From Pseudomonadota bacterium (GTDB lineage: Bacteria > Pseudomonadota > Gammaproteobacteria > UBA9214): a stretch of DNA of 64,000 nucleotides. Within the stretch, counting starts at the first letter, position 1; each line of letters starts with the position of its first letter. Both the position numbers and the translations under genes were made by a program. The stretch spans positions 293,364 through 357,363 of the forward strand of contig JAWLAI010000005.1 of NCBI GenBank assembly GCA_041395565.1. The letters run 5' to 3'. This document shows, piece by piece, positions 9,249-19,628 of this stretch. Below the pieces are notes generated by a model. The model was not told the DNA's origin. It did no database searches and saw nothing but the letters and a program-made list of their open reading frames with translations.

Positions 9249-10219
9249 ACACGCGTGACCTGCAAATCGACAGCACGGGCAGGCTGCGCCATTTTCTCAC
9301 CATCAGCGGTCTGAATAGGCAGCTGCTGACCGAGATTCTGGACACCGCGGAATCATTCGCCGGCGTCACCGAGCAGACCGTCAAGAAGGTTCCGCTGCTG
9401 CGCGGCAAGACCATCGTCAACCTGTTCTTCGAGGCCAGCACCCGCACCCGCACCACGTTCGAGCTCGCGGCCAAGCGCCTGTCCGCCGACGTGCTCAACA
9501 TCAACATCACGCAGTCCAGCGCGGTGAAAGGTGAAACACTGCTCGACACCCTGCGCAACATCGAGGCGATGCACGTCGACATGTTCGTGGTGCGGCACGC
9601 CGACAGCGGCGCCGCGCACTTCATTGCCCGCAACGTGGCCCCGCACACCAGCGTCATCAATGCAGGCGACGGCCGGCACTCGCACCCGACCCAGGCCATG
9701 CTGGACATGTTCACCATCCGTCGCGTCAAGGGTCCCGACTTCGGTCGGCTGCGCGTCGCCATCGTCGGCGACATCCTGCACTCGCGCGTGGCGCGCTCGC
9801 AGATCCACGCCCTGAACCTGCTCAACACCGGCGAAGTGCGCATCGTTGCGCCACGCACGCTGATCCCGGCCCACGCCGAATCGCTGGGGGTACGTGTGTT
9901 TCACGACCTGCGCGCGGGCATCCAGGACGTCGACGTGATCATGATGCTGCGCCTGCAGCACGAACGCATGAAGGGTGCGCTCCTGCCCAGCGAGCACGAA
10001 TACTACGAGCTGTTCGGACTGACCGAGAAAAAGCTGGCAAACGCAAGCCCCGACGTCACGGTGATGCATCCGGGGCCGATCAACCGCGGCGTGGAAATGG
10101 ACTCCGAGGTCGCCGACGGCCCGCGTTCGGTCATCCTGGAACAGGTCACGCACGGCATTGCCGTGCGCATGGCAGTGATGTCCATGGCCATGCAGCGGCG
10201 GCCGGAGGCCCATGCCTGA
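9245..10219 (+). CDS. pyrB: Aspartate carbamoyltransferase catalytic subunit
   Basis: STRTR, HPTQ and HPGPINRG motifs are all present. Confidence 0.95.
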   Translation: MNTRDLQIDSTGRLRHFLTISGLNRQLLTEILDTAESFAGVTEQTVKKVPLLRGKTIVNLFFEASTRTRTTFELAAKRLSADVLNINITQSSAVKGETLLDTLRNIEAMHVDMFVVRHADSGAAHFIARNVAPHTSVINAGDGRHSHPTQAMLDMFTIRRVKGPDFGRLRVAIVGDILHSRVARSQIHALNLLNTGEVRIVAPRTLIPAHAESLGVRVFHDLRAGIQDVDVIMMLRLQHERMKGALLPSEHEYYELFGLTEKKLANASPDVTVMHPGPINRGVEMDSEVADGPRSVILEQVTHGIAVRMAVMSMAMQRRPEAHA

Positions 10220-11528
10220 CATGTCGCCCGTCAACCGCAACAAGCAGCTCAGCTTCCACATCCGCGGCGGCCGCGTCATCGACCCGGCAAACGATATCGA
10301 TGCCGCTGGCGATGTGTTTGTCACACGGGGCAGGATCGCCGGCCTCGGCGAACCGCCCGCCGGCTTTACGGCCGATGTCACGCTCGAGGCCGGCGGCTGC
10401 GTCGTGTGCCCGGGCCTGGTCGATCTCAGCGCGCGGATGCGCGAACCCGGCCATGAGCACAAGGCCACCATCGCCACGGAAACCCGGGCCGCGGCCAGTG
10501 GCGGCATCACCACGCTGTGCTGCCCGCCCGACACCAATCCGGTCATCGACACGCCGGCCGTCGCGGAGCTGATCCGCCTGCGCGCCAGCGAGAGCGGCAA
10601 GGCCCGCATCGTGACGCTGGGAGCGCTGACACGCGGCCTGAGCGGCGAGCAGCTCAGCGAGATGGCCGCCCTGCGCAAGGCCGGCTGCGCGGGCGTCAGT
10701 AACGCGCTGCGGCCACTCGCCAACAACCTGGTGCTGCGCCGAGCGCTGGAGTACGCCGCCACCTTCGACCTGACCGTGTTCCTGTACGCCAGCGACCACT
10801 GGCTGGCCAACGATGGCTGCGCACACGAAGGCCGCGTGGCGACCCGGCTCGGCCTTCCCGGCATACCCGAGGCCGCAGAGACCGCTGCTGTGGCCCATAC
10901 GCTGGCACTGATCGTGGAAACCGGTGTGCGCGCGCACTTCTGCCGCCTGACGACGGGCCGGGCCGCCCGCATGATCGCACGCGCGCGCTTCGACGGACTG
11001 CCGGTAACCGCCGACGTCGCGATACCCTATCTGTTCCTGTCGGAGAACGATCTCAGCGAATTCGACAGCCAGTGCCATGTCCTGCCGCCGTTGCGCACGG
11101 TGGAAGATCGCCAGCAGCTGCGCGACGCGTTGCACAGCGGCACCTTCCAGGCCATCTGCTCGGACCACCAGCCGCACGAGCCGGATGCGAAGATGGGCCC
11201 GTTCCCGGCGACCGAGCCGGGCATCTCGGGGCTGGACACACTGCTGCCGCTGGCGCTGCGGCTGGTGGAGGAACGCATTCTCACCCTGCCGCAGCTGATC
11301 CAGCGGCTCACCTGCGGACCGGCGCGTATACTCGGCCTGCCGGCCGGCACCTTGACCGTGGGGGCCGCGGCCGATATCTGCATCTTCGATCCCGAGCATA
11401 CCTGGTTACTGAATGCCCGCAGCATGCGCAGCCAGGGGCACAACACCCCTTTTGCGGGCTGGGAAATGAAGGGACGCACCGTACACACCCTGCTGGGCGG
11501 CCGGCTGGTATATTCACTGGCGACCTGA
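10212..11528 (+). CDS. pyrC: Dihydroorotase-like, probably non-catalytic PyrC' subunit
   Basis: Amidohydrolase fold, but the metal-binding DxHxH before REPG reads [10 protein letters not shown] (no His). Overlaps the pyrB stop, matching the Pseudomonas pyrB-pyrC' arrangement. Confidence 0.85.
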   Translation: MPDMSPVNRNKQLSFHIRGGRVIDPANDIDAAGDVFVTRGRIAGLGEPPAGFTADVTLEAGGCVVCPGLVDLSARMREPGHEHKATIATETRAAASGGITTLCCPPDTNPVIDTPAVAELIRLRASESGKARIVTLGALTRGLSGEQLSEMAALRKAGCAGVSNALRPLANNLVLRRALEYAATFDLTVFLYASDHWLANDGCAHEGRVATRLGLPGIPEAAETAAVAHTLALIVETGVRAHFCRLTTGRAARMIARARFDGLPVTADVAIPYLFLSENDLSEFDSQCHVLPPLRTVEDRQQLRDALHSGTFQAICSDHQPHEPDAKMGPFPATEPGISGLDTLLPLALRLVEERILTLPQLIQRLTCGPARILGLPAGTLTVGAAADICIFDPEHTWLLNARSMRSQGHNTPFAGWEMKGRTVHTLLGGRLVYSLAT

Positions 11529-11658
11529 TTCCGGACGGCAAGTCCGCGAGCATGACCCGCCAGTCCCGGGGAATACCCGCGCTGAACTTCCGGGGCCGAT
11601 ACCGTTCTGATAACGCGGACCTGCCCGCCACCCCGGGATCGACGAGATTGAAAAATCC

Positions 11659-12861
11659 ATGAATCGTGCCGTAGCGAAGACCCATCAACGCAAGTGGCTG
11701 CTGTGGCTACCGCTGTTGCTGCTTGCGGCCGGCGCGGGCTATCTGCTGCTGCCACGGCAGCAGGACGAGGCGCAGCCGGCCTGGAGCACGACACCGGTAA
11801 CCCGCGGAGACCTGGTGGCCACGGTCTCCGCCACCGGGACGCTCAACCCGCTGATCACCGTACAGGTGGGCAGCCAGGTATCCGGCACCATCCAGTCGCT
11901 CGAAGCCGACTTCAACTCCCCGGTACATGCCGGCGACATCATCGCCCGCATCGAGCCCTCGCTGTTCCGGGCCAAGCTGGCGGAGGCCGAGGCCGACCTG
12001 AAGAATGCCCAGGCCCTGCGCGACAAGGCGGCGATCGCGGTCAGGGAGAAGCGCCGCAATCTCGAGCGTATCAAGGGTCTGCAGGAACGCAAGCTGGTGT
12101 CGGACAGCGATATCGACACGGCTCAGTTCGCGCTCGACAGCGCCGTCGTCGAATTGCGCGAGAAGGAGGCGGCGGTGGCCAAGGCCGACGCCACGCTCGA
12201 TCACGAACGTTTCAATCTCGACAACACCATCATCCGGGCACCGATCGACGGCGTCGTCATCTCGCGCAGTGTCGACGTTGGCCAGACCGTGGCCGCCAGT
12301 CTGCAGGCGCCCACACTGTTCACCATCGCCCGTGACCTGACCCGGATGCAGATAGAAACCGACGTGGACGAGGCCTACATAGGCCAGGTCAAGGCAGGTC
12401 AGCCGGTAAACTTCAGCGTGTTCGCCTGGCCTGAGCGGGAATTCCACGGCGAGCTGGTACAGGTACGGCTGGAACCCAAGGTCGAAGCCGGTGTGGTGAA
12501 ATACAACTGCGTCATCCAGGTCGACAACAAGGATCTCGCGCTCAAGCCCGGCATGACCGCCACCGTGTCGATCGAGGTTGACCGCCGGAGCGATGTCCTC
12601 AAGGTCGCGAACGAGGCATTGCGTTTCGTGCCCGAGCTGCCGGCAACCGAACTGGCGCGCCTGCGGCGGGAGCTTGCCAGCGGTGAATCCATGGTGTGGA
12701 TACCGTCGGCCTCCGGGCTGGAACCCCGCAAGGTCAGCACCGGCTTGGCTGGAGAGAAGGAAACCGAGATCAGCGGCACGGGCATTACCGAGGGCTTGTC
12801 CGCGGCCATCCCCGTGCGCAAGGATGCCGGCGGCCGCTTCCGCGGCATCAGCCTGTTCTGA
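11659..12861 (+). CDS. Efflux periplasmic adaptor (HlyD/MacA-like)
   Basis: N-terminal TM segment, biotinyl-lipoyl-like and coiled-coil regions (IARIEPSLFRAKLAEAEADLKNAQ...), and IRAPIDGVV. Confidence 0.85.
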   Translation: MNRAVAKTHQRKWLLWLPLLLLAAGAGYLLLPRQQDEAQPAWSTTPVTRGDLVATVSATGTLNPLITVQVGSQVSGTIQSLEADFNSPVHAGDIIARIEPSLFRAKLAEAEADLKNAQALRDKAAIAVREKRRNLERIKGLQERKLVSDSDIDTAQFALDSAVVELREKEAAVAKADATLDHERFNLDNTIIRAPIDGVVISRSVDVGQTVAASLQAPTLFTIARDLTRMQIETDVDEAYIGQVKAGQPVNFSVFAWPEREFHGELVQVRLEPKVEAGVVKYNCVIQVDNKDLALKPGMTATVSIEVDRRSDVLKVANEALRFVPELPATELARLRRELASGESMVWIPSASGLEPRKVSTGLAGEKETEISGTGITEGLSAAIPVRKDAGGRFRGISLF

Positions 12862-12864
12862 GAC

Positions 12865-13542
12865 ATGACCGGCCCCGTTATTCAAATGGCCGGCGTGCAC
12901 AAGACCTACGCCATGGATGGCGTCCAGGTACACGCGCTGCGCGGCGTCGACCTGGCGGTCGGCGCGGGCGAATATGTCGCCATCATGGGCACCTCCGGCT
13001 CCGGCAAGTCGACGCTGATGAACATCATGGGCTGCCTGGATCTACCCGACAGCGGCAGCTACCGACTCAACGGCGAGGATGTCACCCGCCTCGATGCGGA
13101 CCAGCTCGCGACGATCCGCAACCGGTCCATCGGTTTCGTATTCCAGAACTTCAACCTGCTGGCACGGACCAGCGCCCTGGACAACGTGGAGATGCCGCTG
13201 GTCTACGCCGGCATCGACCGGCAGACGCGGCACGCCCGCGCCCGCACCATGCTGGAACGCATGGGGCTGGCCGACCGCACCGGCCACCTGCCAAGCCAGC
13301 TTTCCGGCGGCCAGCAGCAACGGGTCGCGCTGGCACGGGCCTTGGTCACGGAACCTGCCCTGCTGCTCGCTGACGAGCCTACCGGCAACCTCGACAGTAC
13401 GACCAGCAGTGAAATACTCGCCATCCTCGATGCGCTGAATAACCGTGACGGGGTGACCATTGTGCTGATCACGCATGAAGCCGATGTCGCCGCCCGCGCC
13501 CGGCGCCAGCTGATCATGCACGACGGCCGGCTGCAGGACTGA
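12865..13542 (+). CDS. ABC transporter ATP-binding protein (MacB/LolD-type)
   Basis: Walker [10 protein letters not shown], signature [15 protein letters not shown] and Walker [13 protein letters not shown]. Confidence 0.9.
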   Translation: MTGPVIQMAGVHKTYAMDGVQVHALRGVDLAVGAGEYVAIMGTSGSGKSTLMNIMGCLDLPDSGSYRLNGEDVTRLDADQLATIRNRSIGFVFQNFNLLARTSALDNVEMPLVYAGIDRQTRHARARTMLERMGLADRTGHLPSQLSGGQQQRVALARALVTEPALLLADEPTGNLDSTTSSEILAILDALNNRDGVTIVLITHEADVAARARRQLIMHDGRLQD

Positions 13543-13543
13543 G

Positions 13544-14758
13544 ATGATCTGGTCCACGGCATTTTCCCTGGCGCTGCGTTCGCTCTGGCGTAACAAGGTC
13601 AGGGCGATGCTCACCGCGCTGGGCGTCATCATCGGCGTGGGCTCGGTAATCGCCATGCTGGCTGTCGGCGCCGGCGCACAGCAGCGCATCGCCAGCCAGC
13701 TGGAAAGTATGGGCAGCTCCAGCCTGACGGTGCGCTCGGGCAGTGTGACCCGTGGCGGCGTGCGCACCGGTACCGGCACGACGACCACGCTGACCGCGGC
13801 AGACGCGGAGGCCATCGCCGGGCTGCCGAACGTCACCGGCGCTGTCCCAAGCGTGCGTGGCAGCGCCCAGGCACGCTACAGTGGCAGCAACTGGGGCACC
13901 GCGATCGAGGGCGTCACGCCTGACTTCGTGACAGTGCGGAACTGGCCGCTGGCCGAGGGTGAATTCTTCAGTGCGCGCCAGTTGCAGGCGGCCGACCACG
14001 TGTGCGTGCTCGGGCAGACGGTGGCGCGCGAGCTGTTCGGCCTGGTCAGCCCGGTGGGCAAGACGATTGTCATCAAGGGGCTGGCCTGCCGTGTACTGGG
14101 CGTGCTGACAGGGAAAGGCGCGAGTGCGCACGGCACGGATCAGGACGATACCATCGTTGCACCGCTGACTACCGTGCAGCGCAAGCTGCTGGGTATCGAC
14201 TATGTCCACACCATCGAGATTCAGACGGCAGGCGCGGAAGCAGCCAGCGCGGCCTATACCGAGGTCAAGCGCCTGCTGCGCCTACGACACCGCCTGCAGT
14301 CCGGCCAGGACGATGACTTCCGCATCTTCAACCGGGCCGAGCTGGCGCAAACCGCTGCAACCAGCGCCAGCGTGTTCACCTGGCTTCTCGGCTCGATAGC
14401 GTCGGTATCCCTGCTGGTGGGCGGCATCGGCATCATGAACATCATGCTGGTCTCGGTCACCGAACGCACCCGCGAGATCGGCATCCGCATGGCGCTGGGC
14501 GCACGCCGCCGCGACATACTCTGGCAATTCCTGCTGGAAGCACTGGTACTCAGCGGTGCCGGCGGGCTGCTGGGCGTGCTGTTCGGGGTCGTCACGGCGC
14601 TTACCCTGGGCCAGTTGTCTCAGTTTCAGATCGACATCAAACCCTGGTCCGTGATACTGGCCTTTTCCTTCGCTGCCGTCATCGGCATATTCTTCGGACT
14701 ACACCCGGCACGCAAGGCCTCGCGTCTGCAGCCGATCGAAGCGTTACGCTACGAGTAG
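13544..14758 (+). CDS. ABC transporter permease (MacB periplasmic domain + FtsX-like)
   Basis: 404 aa with the FtsX-type C-terminal 3-TM region ([20 protein letters not shown]). Starts directly after the ATPase stop. Confidence 0.9.
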   Translation: MIWSTAFSLALRSLWRNKVRAMLTALGVIIGVGSVIAMLAVGAGAQQRIASQLESMGSSSLTVRSGSVTRGGVRTGTGTTTTLTAADAEAIAGLPNVTGAVPSVRGSAQARYSGSNWGTAIEGVTPDFVTVRNWPLAEGEFFSARQLQAADHVCVLGQTVARELFGLVSPVGKTIVIKGLACRVLGVLTGKGASAHGTDQDDTIVAPLTTVQRKLLGIDYVHTIEIQTAGAEAASAAYTEVKRLLRLRHRLQSGQDDDFRIFNRAELAQTAATSASVFTWLLGSIASVSLLVGGIGIMNIMLVSVTERTREIGIRMALGARRRDILWQFLLEALVLSGAGGLLGVLFGVVTALTLGQLSQFQIDIKPWSVILAFSFAAVIGIFFGLHPARKASRLQPIEALRYE

Positions 14759-14790
14759 CAGCCTCCCGAAGTGCGGTCTGTGAGCGGCGC

Positions 14791-15000
14791 TCAGTGGCAG
14801 CACAGCGGGCAGATATTGATACGCAGCTTTTCCATCCTGCTGCAAACCCGGGCACGGATCCTGTCAAGACAGGCCAGCAGCGTACCGTACAGGAATTGCG
14901 CGCGGGCTGCCTGTGCCCGGCGCAGCATCTGATCGTAGGCTGCCCACGGGAACCGTTGCATGTCGCTGTAAGCTGTATCCATGTCGTGGTGATTTTCCAT
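14791..15000 (-). CDS. Hypothetical 69-aa protein with C-terminal CPLCC
   Basis: Internal ATG at 15000 (MENHHDMDTAYSDMQRFPW...INICPLCCH). I recognise no family, so it may be non-coding. Confidence 0.3.
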   Translation of the reverse strand: MENHHDMDTAYSDMQRFPWAAYDQMLRRAQAARAQFLYGTLLACLDRIRARVCSRMEKLRINICPLCCH

Positions 15001-15321
15001 TGCCGGGTTTCCTGATCGTTCGAATGCGATTCTCACACGCGATGCTGCCGGCAGCAACCCGACAGTAACGCAGCCGCTGCTATCAGGCAATGCCAAGGGG
15101 GAAAAAGTACACGAAGGTATAGCACAGCACGTGCCACCGTATTCGCTGGCGCAGGAACAGCGATGGTGCATGCGCGCACCGCACAGGTGCGGCTGACAGC
15201 ATGCCACCGTACACGCTACGGCCAGCCAACCTTACCGCTGCAACAGCACGCCCGCATCACACCGTGCCGCGGCATGTTTGCATGGAAACATGCCGGCATG
15301 CAGGCCGGCAGCGCAGCCGGC

Positions 15322-15900
15322 TCAGGTTGCCGCTGCAGCGCTGCGCCGTATCAACCGGTAACTGACCTGCCCGGCGCAGCGTTCGCGATACGGCAGCCAG
15401 TTGGCAGGCAAGTCGGGCTGCGTGTCCTTTGCCGTTTCCAGGTACACCCATGCGTCGTTCGTCAACCAGCCCCGGCTCTCGAGCAGCCGGATGCACTCGG
15501 GCAGCAAACCGGCACGGAACGGCGGATCGACGAACACGATATCGAAAGGACGCGGCGCCGCGGCCAACCATAGCAGCGCATCGGCCTCGATCACCTCGAT
15601 CTGCCCGCCGCCCAGCCGATCGATCTGCTCGCGCAGCATGCGCACGGCGCGCGTATCGCGCTCGATCAGCACGCACCGACCCGCACCGCGTGATGCCGCT
15701 TCGATCCCCAGGGCGCCGCTGCCGGCAAACAGGTCGAGACAGGCGGCGCCGTGAATGACCGGCGCCAACCAGTTGAACAGCGTTTCGCGCACGCGGTCGG
15801 GGGTCGGACGCAGCCCCGGCAGCGGCACGAATGCCAGCTTGCGCCCACGCCAGCTGCCGCCAATGATCCGGAGCTGGCTGAATGATGACCGTGTCGCCAT
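15322..15900 (-). CDS. rsmD: 16S rRNA (guanine966-N2)-methyltransferase
   Basis: LRIIGGSWRGRKL, SAM motif DLFAGSGALGIEAASRGA and VFVDPPF. Confidence 0.9.
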   Translation of the reverse strand: MATRSSFSQLRIIGGSWRGRKLAFVPLPGLRPTPDRVRETLFNWLAPVIHGAACLDLFAGSGALGIEAASRGAGRCVLIERDTRAVRMLREQIDRLGGGQIEVIEADALLWLAAAPRPFDIVFVDPPFRAGLLPECIRLLESRGWLTNDAWVYLETAKDTQPDLPANWLPYRERCAGQVSYRLIRRSAAAAT

Positions 15901-15990
15901 GTCTGCGATCATCCATGAAGTCGGCAACGGCGTCGAGCGCCGCCGCAGCGGGCGGAGCACGGACCACTGCGCACTCCGCCCGCCACACGC

Positions 15991-16641
15991 TCAGCTACGG
16001 CGCCTGGCTATACCGACAAGACCGGCGCAACCGGACAGAAACAGCGCCAGCGCCGGCGGCACCGGCACGGTGCTGGCCGGTACCAGACCGGGAGTCGGCA
16101 GCTCGAGTCCGAAAAAGTCGACACTGTTGTCATTGCTGTCAAGACGCACATCCACCCGCGCCAGGCTCCAGCCGGCAGCCACATCCGGCGCCGCAGCGCC
16201 CTCGCCGGCGAAGCTGGCCGCCGTGAAGTCACCGTAACCTAGCGCGTCCACGATACCGTTGACATCGCGCAGCACAATCGAGTCCGGCCCGTTCTGGAAC
16301 TCGACATCCAGCACGAGATCGACGTTGGCCACCAGGCTGGAGCCGTCACCGCTGTCATCTCCGATCACGAAAACGCCGTCGGCGGGGAATACGCCGCTCA
16401 GTTCGGCTGACTTGTAGACACCGCCATCCGTACCGTTCACGCCCTCGAGCGTCAACCCCGTGAGCGGGCTGCCCGGCACGCCGTACAGTTCGACGAAGAC
16501 ATTGCCGCGGTCGGTGCCGGCGGCGTCGTAGAGCACTTCCGAGATGACGGTTGCGGCCGGCGTACCCGCCGCCAGCGTGGACGTTGCTATCGCGATTGCA
16601 GCCTGCGCCAGGCGCGGCAGGCCGGTATTGTGCAGTTTCAT
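15991..16641 (-). CDS. Secreted lamin-tail-domain (LTD) protein with PEP-CTERM-like sorting tail
   Basis: Signal peptide, then the LTD signature ISEVLYDAAGTDRGNVFVELYG. C-terminus VPVPPALALFLSGCAGLVGIARRRS (TM segment plus RRR). Confidence 0.8.
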   Translation of the reverse strand: MKLHNTGLPRLAQAAIAIATSTLAAGTPAATVISEVLYDAAGTDRGNVFVELYGVPGSPLTGLTLEGVNGTDGGVYKSAELSGVFPADGVFVIGDDSGDGSSLVANVDLVLDVEFQNGPDSIVLRDVNGIVDALGYGDFTAASFAGEGAAAPDVAAGWSLARVDVRLDSNDNSVDFFGLELPTPGLVPASTVPVPPALALFLSGCAGLVGIARRRS

Positions 16642-16777
16642 GAGCCCCTCCAGTGTTTGTCAGATCGAGTGCGTTCCCGCACCGGTTGGCTGCAGGCATC
16701 CCTGCCCGGTCCCGTTTCGGATGTTCCGGGTTGCAGCCTAGTGGGCTCGATGTGGCAGTGGCAGCGGGCACACGCAG

Positions 16778-16809
16778 CACGGCCTGTCAGCAACAACTGA
16801 CAGGCCGTG
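16778..16809 (-). terminator. Perfect 13-bp stem hairpin downstream of the M16 peptidase pair
   Basis: CACGGCCTGTCAG-CAACAA-CTGACAGGCCGTG lies 23 nt after the stop at 16832. No U-tract. Confidence 0.45.
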
Positions 16810-16831
16810 TCCGTGAACGGTTAAGGGGGGG

Positions 16832-18175
16832 TCAGCTTTCGCCGCCGACGATCACCGTGGCCATGGTATCCGGCTGCACGCGGCGCCTGAAGGCATCCAT
16901 GATCTGTGCACGGGTTACGGCCTCGATCTTCGCGTTGAAGGTATCCAGGTAGTCGAGCGGCAGGTCGTAGAAGCCGATGACCACCAGATAGCTGAGGATC
17001 TTGGCATTGCTGTCGATCTGCAGCGGAAAACCGCCGGTGAGATTCTTCTTAGCGTCGACCAGTTCCGCATCGGTCGGGCCTTCTTCGACGAACTTCTGCA
17101 GGGTCTCGCGCATGACCTCCAGTGCCGCATCGGTTTGGTCGTTGCGTGTCTGCAGCGACAGCAGGAACGGCCCGTCCTGCTCCATGGGACTGAAATAGCT
17201 GCCGACGCTGTAGGACAGGCCGCGCTTCTCGCGCACCTCCTCGCTCAGCCGCGATACCAGGCCGCTGCCACCCAGGATGTGATTGCCGAGATAGAGCGGA
17301 AAATAGTCCGGATCGCCACGGTGCATGCCCGGCGCCCCCACCCGCACGGTGGTCTGGACGGATGGATGATAGATGCGCTCGCTGCTGGCCTTTTCCAGGC
17401 GCGGCACCGCGGGCAGCTGCGCGGCACGTTCCCCGGCAAGCAGGCGTGCGGCGAGCTGCCCGGCCAGCTGCTCTGCCGCCGCACGGTCGATGTCACCCAC
17501 AATGGCCAGCACGGCATTGCGGGCGACGTAGTAGCGCGCGTGGAACGCCCGGATATCCGCCAGCGTCAGCGCCTTGATGCTTGCCTCGGTGCCGCTCTCG
17601 CGCAGGGCGTACGGATGATCGTGATAGATCGCCTCGAAATGCGCATATTCGGCAACGGTAGCGGGCGATTGTTCGTCCGCACGCAGCGAGACCAGCGTCC
17701 GCTCGCGCTCGCGCTCGAAATCGCGCTTGTTGAAATCCGGCTTGCCGAGGATGTCGCCGAGGAGCGCCAGCGCCGGCTGCAGGTACTCCGGATCACTCAG
17801 GCTGCGCAGGCTCACCCAGGCCATGTCGCGCGCCGAACCCGTCTCGAGCTCTGCCCCCAGCGCATCGATCCGGCTCGCCAGCTCATCGGCGCTGAGTCCG
17901 GCCGCGCCGGTATCCAGCAGGGTGCTGGTCATATGCGCGACGCCGGAATGCGCACCGTCGCGCGCACTGCCCGCGGCGAAAGTGATGTTCAGGTCGATCA
18001 TCGGCAGTTCCGGCGCATACACGTAATAGACGCGCAGGCCGTTGTCCGTCACCCAGTGCTGGATCGGCGGAATGGCCTGTGCCGGCAGCGCCGGCAGGAG
18101 CAGCGCCAGCCACAGCAGACGGCCCAGGAGGCAGCGCGACAGGCCGCCCGTGCGGTATGCGTGTTCAGTGAACAT
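16832..18175 (-). CDS. M16-family peptidase, non-catalytic-type subunit
   Basis: M16 fold, but the HxxEH position reads GVAHMTSTLL. ATG at 18175 overlaps the upstream partner's stop by 11 nt. Confidence 0.85.
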   Translation of the reverse strand: MFTEHAYRTGGLSRCLLGRLLWLALLLPALPAQAIPPIQHWVTDNGLRVYYVYAPELPMIDLNITFAAGSARDGAHSGVAHMTSTLLDTGAAGLSADELASRIDALGAELETGSARDMAWVSLRSLSDPEYLQPALALLGDILGKPDFNKRDFERERERTLVSLRADEQSPATVAEYAHFEAIYHDHPYALRESGTEASIKALTLADIRAFHARYYVARNAVLAIVGDIDRAAAEQLAGQLAARLLAGERAAQLPAVPRLEKASSERIYHPSVQTTVRVGAPGMHRGDPDYFPLYLGNHILGGSGLVSRLSEEVREKRGLSYSVGSYFSPMEQDGPFLLSLQTRNDQTDAALEVMRETLQKFVEEGPTDAELVDAKKNLTGGFPLQIDSNAKILSYLVVIGFYDLPLDYLDTFNAKIEAVTRAQIMDAFRRRVQPDTMATVIVGGES

Positions 18176-19532
18176 GGCTATCCTCCGGCAGGGCCGCAGC
18201 CCGTTTGTGTTCGGCATCCATGGGCAACGGGACCAGTTCAGCCACGGTCAGGTTCCGGTCCACCAGGTATTTGGTGGCCACCGCCCGTACCTGTTCGGCG
18301 GTGACCGCCTTGATACGTGCGACGTAGTCGTCCGCCACGCGCCAGTCGAGGCCGACCGCTTCGAGCTGGCCGATCTTCATGGCCTGATAGAAGGCGGAAT
18401 CCTGCTCGTAGACCGCGCTGGCGACGACCCTGGCCTTGACGCGCGCCAGCTCTGCATCGGACACCGGCTGCTCCTGCAGGCGCTTGACCTGGTCGAGCAG
18501 GGCCTGCATCACCTCGGCGACGCTGTGCTTGCCGCCCGGCGTGCCATCGAGCAGGAACAGGTCTTGCTGGCGGCTGTACAGGTCGTAACCGGCGCCGGCG
18601 CTGGCGGCGACCTGGCTGCCGCGCACCAGCTCCGTGGACAGGCGTGCACTGTCGCCGCCGTCCAGGATGCTGGACAGTACCTCGAGCGCATAGGGTTCCT
18701 GCACGTCCGCCGCCGTCTTCAGCACCGGCACCTTGTAGCCCATGATGACGTACGGGACCTCGGCCGGCGCCTCGACGCGGATCGAGCGGCGCCCCGGCTG
18801 ATCCGGCTCAACCCGCGGCTTGGACTGCGCGATGGCCTCCGGCTTGAGCGGACCGAAGTACTGCTTGGCCAGGGCGAGCACCGCATCCGGCTGCACGTCA
18901 CCCACCACCACCACGATGGCGTTGTTGGGTGCATACCAGCTGCGATACCAGCCCTGCAGGTCGGCCAGCGTGAGATTCTCCAGGTCGTTCATCCAGCCGA
19001 TGGTCGGCGTGCGGTAGGAACTGGCGGTAAACGCCGTTGCCATGAACTGCTCGTGGGTGAGCGCAGTGGGCTTGTCCTCCGTGCGCATCCGCCGCTCTTC
19101 CATTACCACGTTGATTTCCTTCTGGAATTCCTTCTCCAGCAGGTGCAGCTTGCGCATCCGGTCCGCCTCCAGCTCGAAACTGACCGGCAGGCGGGTGCGC
19201 TCCAGGCGCTGGAAATACGCGGTATAGTCCTGACTGGTGAAGGCGTTCTCCTGGCCGCCGTTGGCGGCGATGATGCGCGAGAACTCCCCGGGCGGGTGGT
19301 TGTCGGTGCCCTTGAACATCATGTGTTCCAGCACGTGCGAAACCCCGGTGATCCCGTCGCTCTCGTAACTGGCACCGACGCGGTACCAGACCTGCGACAC
19401 CACGACCGGGGCGCGGTGATCCTCCTTGACGATGAGTTTCAGCCCGTTGTCGAGCTGGTATTCATGGACGCCGCCACCCGCCGACACCAGCGGACCGAAC
19501 AGGCCCAGGACGATTGCAAGCACACTGCGCAT
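18165..19532 (-). CDS. M16-family zinc peptidase, catalytic-type subunit
   Basis: Intact HxxEH ([13 protein letters not shown]). ATG at 19532 is preceded by GGGGAGA. The TTG at 19547 was rejected. Confidence 0.9.
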   Translation of the reverse strand: MRSVLAIVLGLFGPLVSAGGGVHEYQLDNGLKLIVKEDHRAPVVVSQVWYRVGASYESDGITGVSHVLEHMMFKGTDNHPPGEFSRIIAANGGQENAFTSQDYTAYFQRLERTRLPVSFELEADRMRKLHLLEKEFQKEINVVMEERRMRTEDKPTALTHEQFMATAFTASSYRTPTIGWMNDLENLTLADLQGWYRSWYAPNNAIVVVVGDVQPDAVLALAKQYFGPLKPEAIAQSKPRVEPDQPGRRSIRVEAPAEVPYVIMGYKVPVLKTAADVQEPYALEVLSSILDGGDSARLSTELVRGSQVAASAGAGYDLYSRQQDLFLLDGTPGGKHSVAEVMQALLDQVKRLQEQPVSDAELARVKARVVASAVYEQDSAFYQAMKIGQLEAVGLDWRVADDYVARIKAVTAEQVRAVATKYLVDRNLTVAELVPLPMDAEHKRAAALPEDSHVH

Positions 19533-19628
19533 TCGATTTCTCCCCAATTGCGATGGTTACCCCGGGAGGTACAGGATGATAGGATATCCGGCCGGAGAAT
19601 ACCCGCTTCCTGAAAGACAACAGAACCG

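Noticed and set aside
9353-10972. Very long reverse-strand ORF (539 aa) spanning pyrB and pyrC', plus similar long shadow ORFs at 18042-19613, 19716-21290, 36891-38558, 55628-56734 and 58534-59796
   Set aside because: - Their translations are low-complexity Arg/Ala/Gly/Pro-rich with no recognisable motifs.
- They lie exactly antisense to genes with unambiguous domain signatures.
- Long stop-free antisense frames are expected in GC-rich DNA.
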